From Candidatus Omnitrophota bacterium (GTDB taxonomy: Bacteria; Omnitrophota; Gorgyraeia; Zapsychrales; Zapsychraceae): a DNA stretch of 64,000 bases. The notes below the pieces were generated by a model. That model saw only the letters and a program-made list of their open reading frames with translations. It did no database searches and was not told the origin of the DNA. How positions within the stretch are numbered: the stretch's first letter is position 1; each line of letters begins with the position of its first letter. Positions 60,930 to 64,000 of this stretch are shown here, in pieces. The stretch lies in the NCBI GenBank assembly GCA_050250375.1, contig JBFWOS010000002.1, positions 901,149 to 965,148 of the forward strand, read 5' to 3'. The translations under genes were made by a program, and so were the position numbers.

Positions 60930-63638
60930 CTATTTAAACCGGATGGGTGGTGTCTGTTCCGTTTGATACTGATCATAGACGGGGTACGGATATCCTTCCG
61001 AATACGGTTGCGGCTGAGGGTATCCGTGATAACGGTAATCCAATTGCTTGACTTGTTCGACCAAATTGACAAATTCGGCCCGGTGACGGTCCGAATCAAC
61101 CCCGCGCGATTGACGCGCTTGTGCAATAACATGATCATAATTGGCATTCCCTTTAAATCTGGAATTTCTCAGTAATAATCCGAACTCGGCCACTGCTCCG
61201 GCAAATTGTAAATCACCTGAAATATACGAGTTCAACTCATTTGTCCTTACAACCCCTTTAATGAGCCGGCTGTGGTCAGATTTAGGTGCCTTAAAACGAA
61301 GCTTCACGGTCATCACTTCATTGTTCGTGAAAAGGTTTTGTTTTTGATATTTTAACGAATCGACCCCTTTGCCCGGATCCATTGGCCTTGCTACCCCGTT
61401 CGGAATAATTTCATAAAGGGCTGTTACCGTGTGGCCGGCTCCGATTTCCCCGGCATCGACCCGGTCATTGTTAAAATCCTCTTTGTTGAGAATCCGGTTT
61501 TCATACCCGATCAACCGGTATGCCTGGACATATTGCGGATTGAACTCGACCTGGATCTTGACGTCTTTGGCGATGGTAAACAGGGTTGAGCCCAGCTCAT
61601 CCACCAGCACTTTTCTGCCTTCATCAAGGGTATCAATATAATAATAATTTCCGTTGCCGTTGTCGGCGATTTTTTCCATCTTGGAATCTTTATAATTACC
61701 CGTCCCAAAACCGAGGATTGATAAAAACACACCGTCTTTCGCGCGTTCTTTAATCAATTCGACCAAATCATAATCATTCTGCATCCCGACATTAAAATCC
61801 CCGTCGCTCGCCAGAATAACCCGGTTATTGCCGTTACGGATAAAATGATCTTTGGCCACCCGGTAAGCCAGTTTGATCCCGGCCTCTCCGGCTGTTGATC
61901 CGCCGGCGCTTAAATTATCAATGGCGGCGTGGATCCGTTCTTTGTACGCACCGGACGTCGAATCAAGATGCAAACGCGCGGACCCGGAGTACGTAACAAT
62001 CGCTACTTTTTGATTCGGCTGTAATTGATTCACCATCATTTTCAGTGATTGTTTTAATAATGGAAGTTTGTTCGACTGATTCATGGATCCGGACACATCA
62101 ATGAGGAATACCAGATTGCTCGGCGGTATTTTATTCTCCGCCGGAACATTTCCCTGTAAACCGATCATCACCAGATAATGGGCGTTATTCCAGGGACAAA
62201 CCCCGCCTTTGGTGGTCACACTAAACGGCTCGCCCCATTTAGGCTTTTCAAAATTATAGTCAAAATAGTTGATCATTTCTTCAATCCTCACGGCATCCGC
62301 CGGAGGAAGCTGTCCCTGCTCGACAAAACGCCGGATGTTGCTGTAAGACGCGGTATCAACGTCAATCGAAAAGGTGGACAACGGCATATTGGCCGCTGAA
62401 AAGAACGGATTTTCGTAAATCGGATCATACTCCTCGGTATTCGGCCGCGGCTGGGGATACGGATAAATCGTCCGTTCCGGTTCCTGATAAATAAGGCGGT
62501 CGACATAATATTCTTCTTCAGGATAACTCATTGCGCGGTCATTCCCGATATAACCGGAGTCATCCGCGTCATAAAATCCTCTTTGAGAACCATAACCAGT
62601 TTTTTCATTAACGGCCGGGGATGAAGCCGGATAATTTTCATATCCATAATTCAACTTAGATTTTCGGGCGACTTGATCGGATGTAACAGCCACCACCGGG
62701 GCTTTTTTATTGTGAGAACTTGACTGCCCGCCTCCCCAAAATTCCACATTGGACACCTCAGATTCTTCCTTAGACTCAGCCGGTGCGCTAATCCCTGAAC
62801 TGACCGTCCCATAACTGGAAGCCTGAAAACCGCCGGAAGCCCGATCACGCCGGGCATCTTTCGCTGCCGACAATTTCCCGCCGGTCCCGGAAACCTGGCC
62901 CAACTGATCGGCAACCGTCGGCTTCTCATAAACCTTCGCCAAATCGTATTCAGCTTGCCGTTTCCCTTCGCCCAATGAAGAATCAAGAGCCGCCGTCCGT
63001 GAAACAGACTGTCCTTCTTTATCACGGGACTCGATAGCCCGTCCACTTTCTTGAAGAGCCGGTTCATTTTTATACACAGATGCCAGGTCATAACCCTCCA
63101 ACCGTTTTTGCGCGGTCTCCCTTAAATTTTCATCATACGTCGGTCTATCAGGCTTTGACTCCCTGTAACCGGCGGTTTGTCCCGGAGCCGAATACTGGTC
63201 ACCGATATCATCAGCGGCCTGTTTCATGCGGGCTTCACCGGTTAAATAATACGGCTCGTAAGCCGCCGTTTGCACATGTTGCTGGATATTCTTTTCGGAA
63301 TACGTCCTTAAATAGACCGCACCGATAATCAAACAAATAGCCGCGGTTACAAATACACCGCCTCCGAGCGTGAGCATGGATTTTCGATTCATGACATTTG
63401 CCTCCCGGAGCTTATCATCAAGAAGAGTTTTCTGGATCTTGTTGGCCATATCGGCGGAAACATCCTCATCCGACCAATCCTTTAAAACTGACGAAAGCTG
63501 AGTCAACTCCTTATAATACTCCTGCCATTCTTTGGAATTAATGATCAGGTCTTCCACCTGCTTTCGTTCTTCTTCGGTTACAAAACCATCTATATAGGCT
63601 GAGATAAGCTCTTTAATTTTTTCGTTATGGTTAATCAT
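60930..63638 (-). CDS. Anti-sigma-like N-terminus, TM helix, long linker and YfbK-type VWA module (vWF_A/VWA/DUF3520)
   Basis: ELISAYIDG..EE..VE N-terminus; STFSIDVDTASY, VRIEEMINYF, DVSGS MIDAS, DGDFNVG, YRLIGYENR. Confidence 0.9.
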   Translation of the reverse strand: MINHNEKIKELISAYIDGFVTEEERKQVEDLIINSKEWQEYYKELTQLSSVLKDWSDEDVSADMANKIQKTLLDDKLREANVMNRKSMLTLGGGVFVTAAICLIIGAVYLRTYSEKNIQQHVQTAAYEPYYLTGEARMKQAADDIGDQYSAPGQTAGYRESKPDRPTYDENLRETAQKRLEGYDLASVYKNEPALQESGRAIESRDKEGQSVSRTAALDSSLGEGKRQAEYDLAKVYEKPTVADQLGQVSGTGGKLSAAKDARRDRASGGFQASSYGTVSSGISAPAESKEESEVSNVEFWGGGQSSSHNKKAPVVAVTSDQVARKSKLNYGYENYPASSPAVNEKTGYGSQRGFYDADDSGYIGNDRAMSYPEEEYYVDRLIYQEPERTIYPYPQPRPNTEEYDPIYENPFFSAANMPLSTFSIDVDTASYSNIRRFVEQGQLPPADAVRIEEMINYFDYNFEKPKWGEPFSVTTKGGVCPWNNAHYLVMIGLQGNVPAENKIPPSNLVFLIDVSGSMNQSNKLPLLKQSLKMMVNQLQPNQKVAIVTYSGSARLHLDSTSGAYKERIHAAIDNLSAGGSTAGEAGIKLAYRVAKDHFIRNGNNRVILASDGDFNVGMQNDYDLVELIKERAKDGVFLSILGFGTGNYKDSKMEKIADNGNGNYYYIDTLDEGRKVLVDELGSTLFTIAKDVKIQVEFNPQYVQAYRLIGYENRILNKEDFNNDRVDAGEIGAGHTVTALYEIIPNGVARPMDPGKGVDSLKYQKQNLFTNNEVMTVKLRFKAPKSDHSRLIKGVVRTNELNSYISGDLQFAGAVAEFGLLLRNSRFKGNANYDHVIAQARQSRGVDSDRHRAEFVNLVEQVKQLDYRYHGYPQPQPYSEGYPYPVYDQYQTEQTPPIRFK

Positions 63639-63999
63639 TATGCCCCTCCTGAATATAGGAAGCTAATTCCACCCTTAACTTTTCACGGGCGCGAAAGATC
63701 AGGATTTTTACATTATCCAGTGAACAGTTAAGGATCTTGGCAATCTCATCATAAGAAAACTGATGATATTCCCTCAATACAATCGCCTCACGTTGCTGAT
63801 AGGCCAGCCGGCTGATTGCTTGTTGAACAACCAAAGCCCGTTCTTTTTTCTCCAGATTTACAGCGGATGAATCGTTCTGATCAGGAACATCCCACTGTTC
63901 ATCGATAGACCGGTCTTTATTGGTAAACGTTAGTGAAAACACTTTTTTAGTCTTTCGGATTTTATCGATACAGCGGTTCCTGGCAATGGTAAAAAGCCA
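63631..63999 (-). CDS. ECF sigma factor (sigma-70 family), 5'-truncated by window edge
   Basis: Frame open to the window edge: WLFTIARNRCID (region 2) and QREAIVLRE...SYDEIAKIL...VK..IFRAR (region 4). Confidence 0.92.
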   Translation of the reverse strand, partial: WLFTIARNRCIDKIRKTKKVFSLTFTNKDRSIDEQWDVPDQNDSSAVNLEKKERALVVQQAISRLAYQQREAIVLREYHQFSYDEIAKILNCSLDNVKILIFRAREKLRVELASYIQEGHND

Positions 64000-64000
64000 G

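Overview
A bacterial chromosomal window, densely coding, in which I saw no mobile elements, CRISPR arrays or RNA genes. The style suggests a PVC-group organism, possibly Ca. Omnitrophota; this is inference only. The window holds: (1) a glutathione operon (DAACS transporter, ATP-grasp GshA, GshB, Grx, BolA, GrxD) convergent with a nearly cysteine-free, HCF101-architecture Mrp/ApbC ATPase and a PP-loop tRNA thiolase-like gene; (2) ilvBN; (3) a class Ic (Mn/Fe) ribonucleotide reductase under NrdR boxes, followed by a divergent IscU-fold protein; (4) an aquaporin-tpx-sodA unit; (5) a classical menaquinone cluster without menH; (6) a 2-oxoacid:ferredoxin oxidoreductase with trxB; (7) bioB, thiC and an A-type Fe-S carrier; (8) a Fur-family gene and a TroABCD/Mnt transporter whose two permeases carry winged-helix tails; (9) aroC, ilvD, leuCD and acnA; (10) a B12 radical SAM gene and a ferredoxin/small-membrane-protein operon containing two ORFs missed by the track; (11) a cupredoxin-led aa3-type oxidase operon whose subunit I lacks the K-channel lysine; (12) an ECF sigma/anti-sigma-VWA pair. 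Together it reads as an oxygen-adaptation region: Fe-S clients, Fe-S delivery, thiol/Mn defence and aerobic respiration. The best candidates for something undescribed are the atypical Fe-S handling set (Cys-poor HCF101-like ATPase, IscU-like orphan, GSH/Grx/BolA), the K-less oxidase with its cupredoxin and micro-subunits, and the ferredoxin/micro-membrane-protein operon. All family calls come from motif recognition, not database searches.
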